Shown: piece by piece, positions 51,519-64,000 of the stretch
Layout: each line of letters begins with the position of its first letter
Numbering within the stretch: the first letter of the stretch is position 1
Notes under the pieces: model-generated
The model's input: the letters and a program-made list of their open reading frames with translations, nothing else
Database searches by the model: none
Told to the model about the DNA's origin: nothing
Assembly: GCF_006345805.1 (NCBI RefSeq)
Contig: NC_042998.1
Span: 7,130,001-7,194,000 of the forward strand
Length of the DNA stretch: 64,000 nucleotides
Origin: Octopus sinensis
Lineage: Eukaryota
Direction of reading: 5' to 3'
Position numbers and translations under genes: made by a program

Positions 51519-51553
<35 letters not shown>

Positions 51554-52348
51554 TTAAAAAAGTGTTTCAAATCTACTGCTCTACAGCTGAGTGTCATAAA
51601 CCACCATCTTTTTTTCTCCTAATATGACACCTTGCGATACTTGTAATATACTTTTTCATGTTTAAACTTAACAATCAATTATTGTCATCTGGCTCAAGCA
51701 ATATTTTTTTTTATGATCGTCATACAGTATATTCAAGCTTTGATTGTAAACTTCTTTACCATGTCATCTACAGTAAAATGGCTACATTTAACACATAAAC
51801 ACATATTTTGCTTGTATTTGCATGAACATTTACTGTGCTGTGTTATTTTTGTTCTGTCACTGTCTTATGTTACTTTGGTGAGCATCATTTCAACAAAATA
51901 AGAATTATTTCAGCATAGTTGATAAGAATTATTTCCTTATACTTCTAAGACAGTAATAACTAAAAGAATAAAGATTAACCAAATGATAAATCTGAGCTTC
52001 CCAGGTCTACACTACAATGTAACTGTTAAAATTTCTGTTAATCTTTAACCCTTTCGATACAAGCCTGGCTGAAACTGCATCTGACTCTGTAGTACAAATG
52101 TGTTGTTTTCAAAAGTTTTGAATTAAAATCTTCCACCAAACCTTAGTCACAATTTGTGTTTCTAACACTAGCTTAATGATAATAAGTTATTTTACCAAAT
52201 TCTTTGTTATATTTAAAATTAATTAAAAGAAACACAGAGCATCTCAAGAGAAATATGGTAACAAAAGGGTTAATATGCTGTATTTATTAGGATATTTTCA
52301 TTTTACACTGAAAAGTGTTGTGAAACAAAATGAGAAAGAAGTAGTAGA

Positions 52349-53040
52349 GGCACAGATGTGGCTGTGTGGCAAGAAGCTTGTAGGTGGTGAGCTGGTAGAA
52401 ACGTTAGCACGCCGGGCGAAATGCTTAGCAGTATTTCGTCTGCCACTATGCTCTGAGTTCAAATTCCGCCGAGGTCGACTTTGCCATTCATCCTTTTGGG
52501 GTTGATTAAATAAGTACCAGTTACACACTGGGGTCGATATAATCAACTTAATCCGTTTGTCTGTCCTTGATTGTCCTCTCTGTGTTTAGCCCCTTGTGGG
52601 TAGTAAAGAAATAAAAAGCTTGCTTCACAGCTTCGTGGTTCCAGATTCAGTCACACTGCATGACACCCTGGACAAGTATCTTCTGCTACAGCCTCGGGCC
52701 AACCAGAACCTCCTGAGTGGATCTGGTAGACAGAAATCTACCAAATTTGGTCTACCAAATCCACTCACAAGGCTTTGGTCGGCCTGAGGTTATAGTAGAA
52801 GACACTTGCCCAAGGTGCCACGCAAATGGGACTGAACCGTGGTTGGTAAGCAAGCTACTTACCACACAACCACTCCTGCTGTATGTTCATGTCCCTGTAA
52901 CTTAGTGGATCAGCAGAAGGAACCAATAGAATAAGTACCAAAACTTTAAAAAAAGCTGTACTGGGGATCCATTCAGTCAGTTAAAAATTCTTCAAGGCGG
53001 TGCCTCAGCATGGCCGCAGCCTAATGACTGAAACAATGCA
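52349..53040. mobile_element. Composite: family A head interrupted by family B (52381-52615), inverted family A head, then 3' module
   Basis: Direct repeat aagcttg around the B copy; inverted head at ~52735-52882. Confidence 0.75.
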
Positions 53041-53669
53041 AAGAAAAGAGAACAAAGAGAAATGTAGATGAAATCTCTTAGCTTTCTTTATAATTGATTA
53101 TGATGTGTGAAAATCTATGATTAAAATTCTTCTTTGGAACAGTGGATCTCAAAACACACATAAAGCTCTAAATAATAGCTTGTCGATATTGGGTTCCTTG
53201 AACATTTTCTATTTAAAAAGGATTTTCAACCCATTATTTATAGCTTCAACTTCTACTATTCCAAAACAGAATTATTTCACACTCTCACAAAAGTTTATAA
53301 AATTCTTATGGCATCAACAACATAGAATGATTATAATCATAATCTCATTCTTAAGTAACTGAAATACATCTGCTAACTTGGATTAAATATGATGATAAAT
53401 ACAGCAGAAGGCATTAGAATATTTTTTGATCCTGCAGGATATAGCAATGATTAAGCCAATCTTGCAATATCATTTTGAAATTTCATATTTTTCTTGGACA
53501 GGTTGACACAAGATTTTTAAGCATCCTTCATTTAAAAACACTTCACAATCTCCTTATGTTGGTTTCAAATTCTGCTGGAGTTGAATTTTCCTTTAATCTC
53601 TCCAGGAGTTTACAAAGAAAGTATATATGAGTAATGAGTTAGAGTTGATACAATCAACTACATTCTGTT

Positions 53670-53847
53670 TCTTACTCTTTTACTGGTTTCAGTCATTTGA
53701 CTGTGGCCATGCTGGAGCACCACCTTTAGTCGAGCAAATTGACCCCAGGACTTATTCTTTGTAAGCGTAGTACTTATTCTATCGGTCTTTTTTGCTGAAC
53801 TGCTAAGTTACAGGGACAAGCGATGTTGGGGGTCAAGCACAGACACA

Positions 53848-53887
<40 letters not shown>

Positions 53888-54052
53888 CGATGGGCTTCTT
53901 TCAGTTTCCGTCTACCAAATCCACTCACAAGGCTTTGGTCGACCTGAGGCTATAGTAGAAGACACTTGCCCAAGGTGTCATGCAATGGGACTGAACCCAG
54001 AACCATGTGGTTGGTAAGCAAGCTTCTTGCCACACAGCCACTCCTGCGCCTG
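53670..54052 (-). mobile_element. SINE family A
   Basis: Consensus match. Confidence 0.88.
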
Positions 54053-55459
54053 TGTCTGTATAAGAAAATAAGATTTAGTGTCTTGTGAATATGAAAGTGA
54101 AGTGAGCAAAGCAAAAACAATCTGAAGTGAAAGATTTGCTTACCATGTTTTGTGCATGGCCCACCACCACCAACCAATTCAGAAAGGTTGGAGCAGCAAC
54201 TGACTTTCAATTATTGAAAAACTGAATGACTAAACAAAATCATGCAGCTTGGAATCCTGGCACTACATTCTTTCACACTAATAAGAGAAGAGATAAGGTT
54301 ATGGATTTTAAGGAACCAAAATGAGATTTTGTTGTTCTTAAATTTAACAGGATTATTTGTGAAATCCCATTGAAATGTTTTGCATTCCATTGGGAAACAT
54401 AAGACTTCACACATTTCATTGAAGAGATAGGTTTACAGATATTCAGGAACCATATAGGGATTTTGATGTTCTAAACTTTTAGAATTTGTTTGTAAAAAAT
54501 TGCATTGTCATCATTTCTACCAAGCATTCCATTGGGAGGGAAAAGATAAGAATAAATCTTCTCAAAAAGGAATAAAGAAGAATATTGTATTTAATTATGA
54601 AATTTGAACTATTTCTTCTGAAGAAAATTTAGTTGGTAAAATGAAAATGGAACCTATATTTTCTACTGAGTTTTAAAAAGTGATATTTAACTTTCAAACC
54701 TATAACTTACTTCATAGTCTACACTATTATATTTAATGACAAAACATATTTCTATTGATTCCCTAAAATGGTATTTTTTAAAATACTTTTTTAACTTTGA
54801 AAGCAATCTGTCAAACGTATTATATGTTCTTTTGTTGTGTTTTGTTAAACTCTAATGGTAGTGTTTAAAAAAAAAGATCTTTGCTTTCAATTTTCTCTGT
54901 TGATAATTAGTATAACTTCCTTTGTGTCACAACAAGAGAACTAATATTAAAAACTTTGATGTGTTATTATATTTTGTTCATTTTATTACCTATAATAAAA
55001 GAAAAAAGAAATAAAAGTACAAGATGATTGGAAGCCAAAGTTCTGTATCTTCAATAATGGGGAAAAAAGACATCCTATTTTATTCATGTGCTACACAAAT
55101 AAACAATTCAGTTTAGCTTTATTTCTGCCCAATATGTCTCTACAATCAAGTATATCAGTATATTACAATTTTCTCTTTCAAAATTTCATACACACACACA
55201 CACACACACATATATATACTCTAATATCGAACAATAAGAATATTCTTTATTTGTGGGTTAACAAGCCTACTGTCAGTTTCGTTCAGAGAGATATTATCAA
55301 GAGAGATATGTGTGTGTGTGTCTGTGTGTCTGTGTTTGTTTCAGTGTGTGTATCTGTATTCACATATGTGTGTGCATGCACATACATACTTATAAATGCA
55401 AATACAAACATATATGCATATATATATACACACATATATACCTGTGTAGATATATATAT

Positions 55460-55690
55460 ATATTTCTTTACTACCCACAAGGAGCTAAACACAGAGGGGA
55501 TAAACAAGGACAGACAAACAGATTAAGTCGATTATATCAACCCCAGTGCGTAACTGGTACTTGATTTATCGACCCTGAAAGGATGAAAGGCAAAGTCGAC
55601 CTCGCCGGAATTTGAACTCAGAACATAACAGCAGACGAAATACAGCTACGCATTTCGCCCGGCGTGCTAACGTTTCTGCCAGCTCACCGA
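55460..55690 (-). mobile_element. SINE family B
   Basis: Consensus match. Confidence 0.88.
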
Positions 55691-55728
55691 CTTGTATATA
55701 TATATATATATAATATATATATATATAT

Positions 55729-55759
<31 letters not shown>

Positions 55760-56083
55760 TATATATATATATACATATAAACAAGGGCAAAAGAAAATTA
55801 ATTCCGAAATTGATTCAATATAGAAATAACGAACTTTTTTTTTAAATTCTGTTGGCTAGCTTTCCTCGATTTCAGCACAACATACTTCTGTAGTGGGTAA
55901 AATAATATGTGGAAATTGATGATTTAAAAGTCTGTTATCAGCATATTGGCATAGAAATAATTTTATTTTGCCCTTGTTTATAAGTTGTTTATAATTTTGA
56001 CCTTTAAAGATATTTTAATATGCTGCCACTTTTTTGATGCAATTTTTTTTTCTGTAAAAATAACGTCATCCTATATTAGTAGC

Positions 56084-56114
<31 letters not shown>

Positions 56115-56475
56115 CATACATACATACATAGGTTTCAAATTTTGGCACAAGGCCTGCAACTTCATGGGAAGGGATAGGTTGACGAAATTGACCCCAGGAT
56201 TTATTCTTTGTAAGCCTAGTACTTATTCAATCGGTCTCTTTTGTCAAACTACTAAGTTACAGAGACGTAAACACACCTACATCAGTTGTCAAGCGATGAT
56301 GGTATAAGAAAGGATTAAGATTCAGTTGAATTAGGCACTTAAATTGAGGTGCCAAGCCTGTTCAGTATAGTCCATGCAGCTTGATGTTAGGTGAATAAAA
56401 TGCAAATAAGTAACAAGGATGGTTTATCCTTTATGTATGTATATATGTATGCATATATTTATATATTATTTATAT

Positions 56476-56533
<58 letters not shown>

Positions 56534-56544
56534 ATATATATATT

Positions 56545-56872
56545 TATATGACATTACGAAGAGCATCCAGCTGTAGAAACTTTGCCAGACTAGATTGAGC
56601 TTGGTGCAGCCTCTGGCTTACCAGTCCTCAGTCAAACCGTCAAACCCATGCCAGCAGGGTGAGCATACATTAAACAATGATGATGACGATGATATATATA
56701 TATATATACATATACAACTGGCTTCTTTCAGTTTCCATTTGCCAAATGCACTCGCAAAGCTTTGAGCAACCTAAGGTTGTAGAAGATACTTCCCCAAGGT
56801 GCCACACAGTGGGACTGAACCTGGAACCATGTGGTTAGGAAGCAAGCTTCTTACCACACAGCCAGGCCCGAC
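56545..56872. mobile_element. RTE tail fragment (+) followed by a family A head (-)
   Basis: gcatccagctgtagaaac..ttaaacaatgatgat, then ccaaggtgccacacagtgggactgaacc. Confidence 0.7.
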
Positions 56873-56910
<38 letters not shown>

Positions 56911-57499
56911 GAGATGCAGGCGTTACTTTGTGGTTAAGAGTTGGGTTCAGCCAACCTGTCCATTGAATTGAGGTACAGGAGAGCCAAGGCAAGAATTGTG
57001 AAACTTTCTTGGGCCTTGCCATGAATTAGTAAAAAAAATCCCTCAGAGCATCTTTGAAAATTTGGAGGAGCCCTTTACCCCACATGGACTTAAAAGCAGT
57101 CTTGTTCTGTCTTGCTAAATTTCCCTTAGACCTCCTGTTTTGCAATATTTGTCCCACCTCTTTGAGTTCTATGTGCAAAATCTTTCAAAGTTGAATAAGT
57201 CTTTCATTCTTTTGTAATCAATAAAATATCTACAAGTCAGGATTGGGCTTGGTCCTTCTTCTCTGTTTCTCTCCCTCTCCCAAAGTTACCTAATCTCAAA
57301 TTATTGTCACCCAAATAAGATGGCCAGTCATTCCCGAGCATCCTTAAAGATGATTGAACCATGAGGTGCCAGCTACTCTCCATAAAAAGACTAGCTTTTT
57401 ATAGGAGGCATTCAAAGAAACTTTTCTATACATACATACATGCATACATACAAAAATACCCTGTTGTTGATGTTGAAATTCCAATGAAGGAACCTTGGA

Positions 57500-57755
57500 T
57501 CATCATCATCATCGTTTAGCATCCGCTTTCCATGCTAGCATGGGTTGGACGGTTCAACTGGGGTCTGGGAAGCCAGAAGGCTGCACCAGGCCCAGTTTCA
57601 TCTGGCAATGTTTCTACGGCTGGATGCCCTTCCTAGCGCCAACCATTCCATGAGTGCAGTGGGTGCTTTTTACGTGCCACCGGCACGAGGCCAGTCGGGG
57701 CGGCACTGGCAACGGCCACGTTCGGATGGTTCTCTTACGTGCCACCGGCACTGGT
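57500..57755 (-). mobile_element. RTE 3' UTR fragment
   Basis: catcatcgtttagcatccgctttccatgctagc..., about two repeat units. Confidence 0.85.
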
Positions 57756-57866
57756 AACTCAGCTGCAATTTAACTCAGCTAGGTTAGAAACCAGTTCTTT
57801 CTCTATTGGCAAGAAATCTTGAAATAAACTGAATAATGACTGACATACATACATATATACATACAT

Positions 57867-57927
<61 letters not shown>

Positions 57928-59317
57928 GCAAGAGAGAGAAAGAGATGCTTGAAGATAAATTTCTTTCCGTTGCAAAACTAATTCATAGTGCTTCATTGTT
58001 TTACTTCCTTCTTAATATTTGACTTTAAAATATCTTTGTGAAGATAGAAAACATTTGTGTGAGTTTGAAGTGAATGGATATTTGTAATTAAAGGATAGAT
58101 TGAAATCGGTTTTTGGAGGTGGGGAGGTTTCTTTCTTTCTTTCTTTCTTTTTTCTTTTTTTTTTTTTTTGTTAAAGTTTGACTCACAGTGACAACCAGTA
58201 TAAGTTGTATTTGTTGTTATTTCCAAATTTTGATATATGCTTCTATTATACAAATGGTTTAAATTTATATTTTCTTCTCCATTCACTAACATCACCACAT
58301 ATACTGAACTGTTTTGTTTTGTTGTTGCGTTTTTATTTTTTTTTTTTTCCCCCCATTTTGAATCTTACAAATTTTAGAGAAAATATGAAAATTTTCAGCG
58401 AAGAAGTTTTTCCCGAATATTAATGTTTAATTTTCGGTTATGTTTACATAACCATCGAAATATAAGAAGCATATCAGAATGTAAAATAGATGGATTGTAA
58501 TCAACATTTGAATCTTGTGAGTTAAATAAGAGGAGAGAAAAAAAAGACAGAATGGTATCAGAATTTTGCCAGTGGCTTGTTTTAAATTATAGATAAACTA
58601 GGAAATATAATGAGCTGAGTTTTTTGAGCGAATGAATTGTGAGAGAACAGTGATTGTATTTCACAAAAGTTATAAGTTATTGTTGCTGTTTTTGACAAAG
58701 GGGATTTTTGTTTCAAATGGAAAATAGATAGTTTGAGACATGGCAGAAGATAAATGCTAAACAGGAACTAAATGAATGTAATCAAACTAGAAGTTCAGTG
58801 GCAGATGGATAAAGACAAAACAAATGAATATGATTACCATATTATGTAGTTGCAATAATTGGAACTTGGCTAATGAAACAAATACCATTTCATATTCTTC
58901 ATTGTTTTCAAAGTATAATGTGACTCGATGGTGTATGTATGGGATATGGGAGGTAAAATTATCACAATGAAGACGGTGATTACACACAGATGATTATAAT
59001 GATATTAATAGCACTGGCAATAATGATGATAATACTAATGAGTTTTGTGCTTTATCAATGAATGTCTTTATAAATTCTATTATAACAAACTTTATTTCAT
59101 GTGTGTATGTGTGTGTGTGTTTGTCACCCATCACTTCTTGACAACTGGTGTTGGTGTGTTTATGTCCCCAAAACTTAGCGCTTTAACAAAAGAGAGTAAT
59201 AGAATAAGCGCCAGGCCTAAGGGAAAAAAAATCAAGTACCTGAGTCAATGTGTTTGACTGTCTAATGATTGTAACAAATGAAAGAAAAGATAAAGGATAA
59301 AATATGTATGTGGATAA

Positions 59318-59740
59318 GCATAGGAGTGGCTGTGTGGTAAGTAGCTTGCTTACGAACCACATAGTTCTGGGTTCAGTCTCACTGTGTGGCACCCTGGGCA
59401 AGTGTCTTCTACTATAGCCTCAGGCCAACCAAAGCCTTGTGAATGGATTTGGCAGACAGAAACTGAAAGAAGCCTGTCGTATATATGTGTCTATATATAT
59501 GTATGTATGTGTGTGTATATGTTTGTGTGTCTGTGTTTGTCCCCCAACATCACTTGACAGCTGATGCTAGTGTGTTTACGTCCCCTTAACTTAGTGGTTT
59601 GCCAAAAGAAACTGATAGAATAAGTATTAGGCTTACAAAGAATAAATCCTGGTGTCGATTTGCTCGACTGAAAGGCGCTGCTCCAGCATGGCCGCAGTCA
59701 AATGACTGTAGCAAGTAAAAGAATAAAGAGTAAAAGAGGA
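59318..59740 (+). mobile_element. SINE family A
   Basis: Consensus match. Confidence 0.88.
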
Positions 59741-59814
59741 TATGTGTGTGTATATATATGCACACACAAATGCAGTTGTGCACACAAACACATATATGTG
59801 GATGCATTGTGCAT

Positions 59815-60155
59815 AAAGGGTAAAGAGCAAAGACCCCCTGCAGTCACAAATGACCAAGGGATTGCACCTAGAAAGTTACTCCCTGAGGCACAAGTCCAGG
59901 CAAGGTTGTTTACTGAAGACCAGCAGTCACCCATGCATACCAGCCTTCCCTCTCCACACCACCGATGTTATCCAAAGGAAAGGCAAAGGGGCCGATACAG
60001 CTTGGCTCTAGTGACAATGTAGCTCATTTCTACAGCTGAGTGAACAGGAACAATGTGAAATAAAGTGTCTTGTTCAAGAATACATTGCACAGCCAGGTCC
60101 AGAAATTGAACTCCCTAGCACATGATTGTAAGCCTTATGATCTATACACTGATCC
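59815..60155 (-). mobile_element. SINE with family D-like head and a different tail
   Basis: Minus strand gagttcaatttctggacc..ttcttgaacaagacactttatttcac..ttcactcagctgtagaaatgag, then an unrelated tail. Confidence 0.65.
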
Positions 60156-60211
60156 ATAAGAATCATTTGCTATGGGTGCTGGAACTCCTAGATCCCGTAA
60201 TTTCAACTTAC

Positions 60212-60290
60212 CTCATCTCTTCAGTTGCAGATGTCTGGTAGCTGCTCACCAGTCGAATCTCACTGCCAACAATATATAGAATTTCAGTAA
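60212..60290 (-). CDS. Candidate exon (VTEILYIVGSEIRLVSSYQTSATEEM)
   Basis: ggtttcag acceptor, consensus AG|gtaagt donor, 79 nt, only one frame open; unique sequence between two SINEs. Confidence 0.4.
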
Positions 60291-60321
60291 CTGAAACCAG
60301 CATGCTTATTAAAAAATGATT

Positions 60322-60700
60322 AAGGCGCAGGAGTGGCAGTGTGGTAAGTAGCTTGCTAACCAACCACATGGTTCCGGGTTCAGTCCCACTGCGTGGCATC
60401 TTGGGCAAGTGTCTTCTGCTATAGCCCCGGGCCGACCAATGCCTTGTGAGTGAATTTGGTAGACGGAAACTGAAAGAAGCCTGTTGTATATATGTATATA
60501 TATATGTGTGTGTGTATGTCTGTGTTTGTCCTCCTAGCTGGTGTGTTTACGTCCCCGTTACTTAGCGGTTCAGCAAAAGAGACCGATAGAATAAGTACTG
60601 GGCTTACAAAGAATAAGTCCCGGGGTCGATTTTCTCGACTAAAGGCGGTGCTCCAGCATGGCCGCAGTCAAATGACTGAAACAAGTAAAAGAAAAAGAAA
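60322..60700 (+). mobile_element. SINE family A
   Basis: Consensus match. Confidence 0.9.
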
Positions 60701-61356
60701 AGAAACAGAAGTATTAATACCAAAAGACATCTATGTCAGTGTGATAAGCTTCACACAGTTTCCATCTACCAACTCTAGTGATAAAGCATTGATCAATCCA
60801 AGTGCATAAAAACACAAGACCTACCCTGCTGCCCACAGTGTCACACAGTGGAAACAAATCCTAAAGCACAGGGTTTCAGACCAAAGTTCTTAATCACACT
60901 GGCCAATATCTGTCATGGTCTCTATTATAAGCATAAATATAATGTTCCAAACAGTCATTATTTTATGTTTGATGACATTTAAGATACCTTTCTCCCTCAT
61001 AATTTATTTAACAAGATGATAATGATGATGAAAGAAAAATGCGAGTGAGAAGGAAAGTAAATAACGGAGGGAGATAAAGTATGAAGGAAGGCACCATAGT
61101 ATATTTATCTAATTCATTAATACATGGAAGACTTGTAAAAGCTAAGGAAGACTGACATGAATTGGTTATGGTTTGTTCCTAGCAACAGGCAGTAGCAGTC
61201 TTATTATAGATAACTATTATTTTCTTGTCTGTCTCTCTTTCCACACTCATAAATATATGTCATGTTGATTCCAGATTTGAAAAGGGATTCTGGATATCTT
61301 AGTTGATATAGGGTTTCAATATAATGCATACATAGACACTTATATATACATATTTA

Positions 61357-61765
61357 TAGGCGCAGGAGTGGCTGTGTGGTAAGTAGCTTGCTAAGCAACC
61401 ACAAGGTTCCGGGTTCAGTCCCATTGCGTGGCATCTTGGGCAAGTGTCTTCTGCTATAGCCTCGGGCCAACCAATGCCTTGTGAGTGGATTTGGTAGACG
61501 GAAACTGAAAGAAGCCTGTCGTATATATGTATATGTATATATATATGTGTGTGTTTGTGTGTCTGTGTTTGTCCCCCTAGCATTGCTTGACAACCGATGC
61601 TGGTGTGTTTACATCCCCGTCACTTAACGGTTCAGCAAAAGAGACCGATAGAATAAGTACTGGGCTTACAAAGAATAAGTCCCAGGGTCGATTTGCTCGA
61701 CTAAAGGCAGTGCTCCAGCATGGCTGCAGTCAAATGACTGAAACAAGTAAAAGAGTAAAAGAAAA
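61357..61765 (+). mobile_element. SINE family A
   Basis: Consensus match. Confidence 0.9.
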
Positions 61766-61774
61766 AGAGAGTAC

Positions 61775-61840
<66 letters not shown>

Positions 61841-62114
61841 ATAAAGAAACAATTGTTCAGTATTAATCTATCTTTTCGTTGTATTTCGCTTCCCTTACGT
61901 TGAAGGTTATGTTATTTCTTCTGTGGAAACAATCTTCGGTGGCTATACCAGAATAAGGAGCTATTTCTAGTACTAGAGTTAGCCACTTAACGGTAACTCT
62001 CTTATATTTATGTATAAATTTGTACCGTCTCCCTGGTTTCTATGTGCTAGGCCACTTGGTGTTAAACTGACAGTATTATTAAATTAATATCTAATTTTTC
62101 ACCCTCATTTATGA

Positions 62115-62155
<41 letters not shown>

Positions 62156-62940
62156 TACATATATGGTGACACATGTCCTAGTGGTTAGGATGCTGCACCT
62201 ACGATCACAAGTACTATACTGGGCATCGCTTTTATGAAATTATTTCATATATGAATAAAAGGAAAAATAGAATAACAATTTCAAAATACACACATGCATA
62301 TATATATATACACACACATATATATGCATATATATTTACATGTATATATATATACTTCTATATAAATCTATATATATCTTAAGTTGATTGGGGGAAAAAA
62401 TGAAGTTGAGAAATTAAAATTCTGTTTCCAGGATAAAGTAATTGACTAAATGAGGTTGCTAAAATTGGAAATTTTTAAACAATTAAGTAATTTAGATTGG
62501 CATTTTAGATGCTTTTAATTAATTGATTTATTTCAGTTATGATTTCCTTAATTAAACTATCTTAATTGGTGAATTTGATGGAATTTTCTTTAAGCTACTA
62601 GTTAGAGAGTTTATTATTACTTTTTTACTTTTTCTTTTTTTTTTTTTGGCTCATTTGTGTATATATTTTTTTATATTTGTTACAAGGTAACTGAATGCTG
62701 TGAGCTATTATCATTTGAGTTGTTTATCTCATTAATAAAACATTTCATTATTTGTTTATGAAATTCTGTTGAAGCATGTGAGATGTATGTTTGGGAATAT
62801 ATGAAGAAATCTTTTGCCATGAGTTCTTCGCTGAAGATGTCTAAAGCATTTAAAATGTCTTGAAACCTTTTTATTGTAATGGATCTAAATTATCTTTTTT
62901 TTTTATTATTTTATTTTATTTTATTATCATTTTTTTGTAG

Positions 62941-63041
62941 TTTAAGGCCCCAAGTCATTCCAACTATGATCAACATGATTTTTCTTACAGCCATAGTATA
63001 CCTTAGACAATGCTATCTGATGCGTCCTATTTTTGAAGATG
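62941..63041 (+). CDS. Candidate exon (LRPQVIPTMINMIFLTAIVYLRQCYLMRPIFED)
   Basis: Long T-rich tract ending tttttgtag; one open frame; G|gtaggg donor. The opposite strand is also open (ORF 62942-63166), so the strand is ambiguous. Confidence 0.3.
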
Positions 63042-63494
63042 GTAGGGTGTACTTTTAAGGAAGATTTGGTTGTTATGTTCAACTTCTGAAATGATCGTGT
63101 AAGATTTCTTTTGTCCGAGGTTTTAGTAATAATAGCTTTTGGCAGAAACGGAATAATAAAGTTCATTATTTAAAGATTTATTTATATTTATGAGAATTAA
63201 TCCTTTAACCCTTTAAACACAACAGCTTTTTCTAAATCTAAAATCAACTCACATACACTGAACTGCATGGTAGACTTAATCTGTGAACCAGTTTAATACC
63301 ACCACCAAGTTCTTCAGTTCTTTTACCCGAGTTCTCTTCATTCTAAGCATTCAAGCCAAGTCACTTCATATTAAAGATATTTCATTTGGTAGTTAAGGTT
63401 TTTTAAAGTGTAACACTCTTGGTAGTTAAGGTTGTTTAAAGTGTAACACTCAAACACACACACATAAGTAGATAAGAATACGAAGAACAATATT

Positions 63495-63940
63495 GGTTTC
63501 AAATTTTAGCACAAGGCCAGCAATTTCGAGGTAGTGGGTAAGTCAATTACATTAACGACAGTGATTAACTAGTACTTATTTTATCAACCCTGAAAGGATG
63601 AAAGGCAAAGTTGACCTTGGCAGCATTTGAACTCAGAATGTCAAGACAGACAAAATGCCACTAAGCATTTTGCCAGGTGTGCTAGCTAAGGATTCTGCCA
63701 GCTCACCACCTTAATAACCAGAATAATATTGATTTCAAATTTCGGTACAAGGCCAGCAATTTCGGTGGTTAAATCGATTACATCAGTCCTAGTGCCCAAC
63801 TGGTACCTATTTTATCAACTCCAAAAGGATGAAAGGCAAAGTTGACCTCAGCAGCATTTGAACTCAAAACGTAAATATGGACAAAAGGCCACTGAGTGTT
63901 TCACCTGGGATGCTAACACTTCTGCTAGCTTGCTGTCTTA
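63495..63940 (-). mobile_element. Two tandem family B SINEs
   Basis: Copies at ~63495-63715 and ~63725-63940. Confidence 0.78.
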
Positions 63941-64000
63941 ATAAACAGAGCAAAATTATAAATAATAATTGTTTCTATTTATCCAATCAGGTGACTTTGC

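Noticed and set aside
63385-63452. ~33-bp tandem duplication (ttggtagttaaggtt..taaagtgtaacactc x2)
   Set aside because: A simple local duplication with no further structure.

Overview
AT-rich, repeat-dense eukaryotic DNA. It is very probably a long intronic or intergenic stretch of an octopus genome, judged from recalled resemblance of the SINE families and (GAT)n-tailed RTE LINE to Octopus repeats; no search was run. No intact protein-coding gene can be identified. Nearly all ORF-track entries are translated microsatellites or SINEs. The window holds several tRNA-derived SINE families with swappable modules, 5'-truncated RTE LINEs (a PHD-type finger inside the RT, a ~61-bp tandem array in the 3' UTR), BovB-like and CR1/Jockey-like scraps, a decayed D,D34D mariner nested in a SINE, two hAT-type elements with 8-bp TSDs, two TA-flanked MITEs and a non-autonomous Helitron. 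A few small candidate host exons occur on both strands. The least expected structures are five near-perfect local fold-backs (a 136-bp spacerless palindrome, three unrelated inverted repeats within 1.1 kb, and a SINE duplicated in inversion on itself) and decayed minimal hammerhead-ribozyme motifs.
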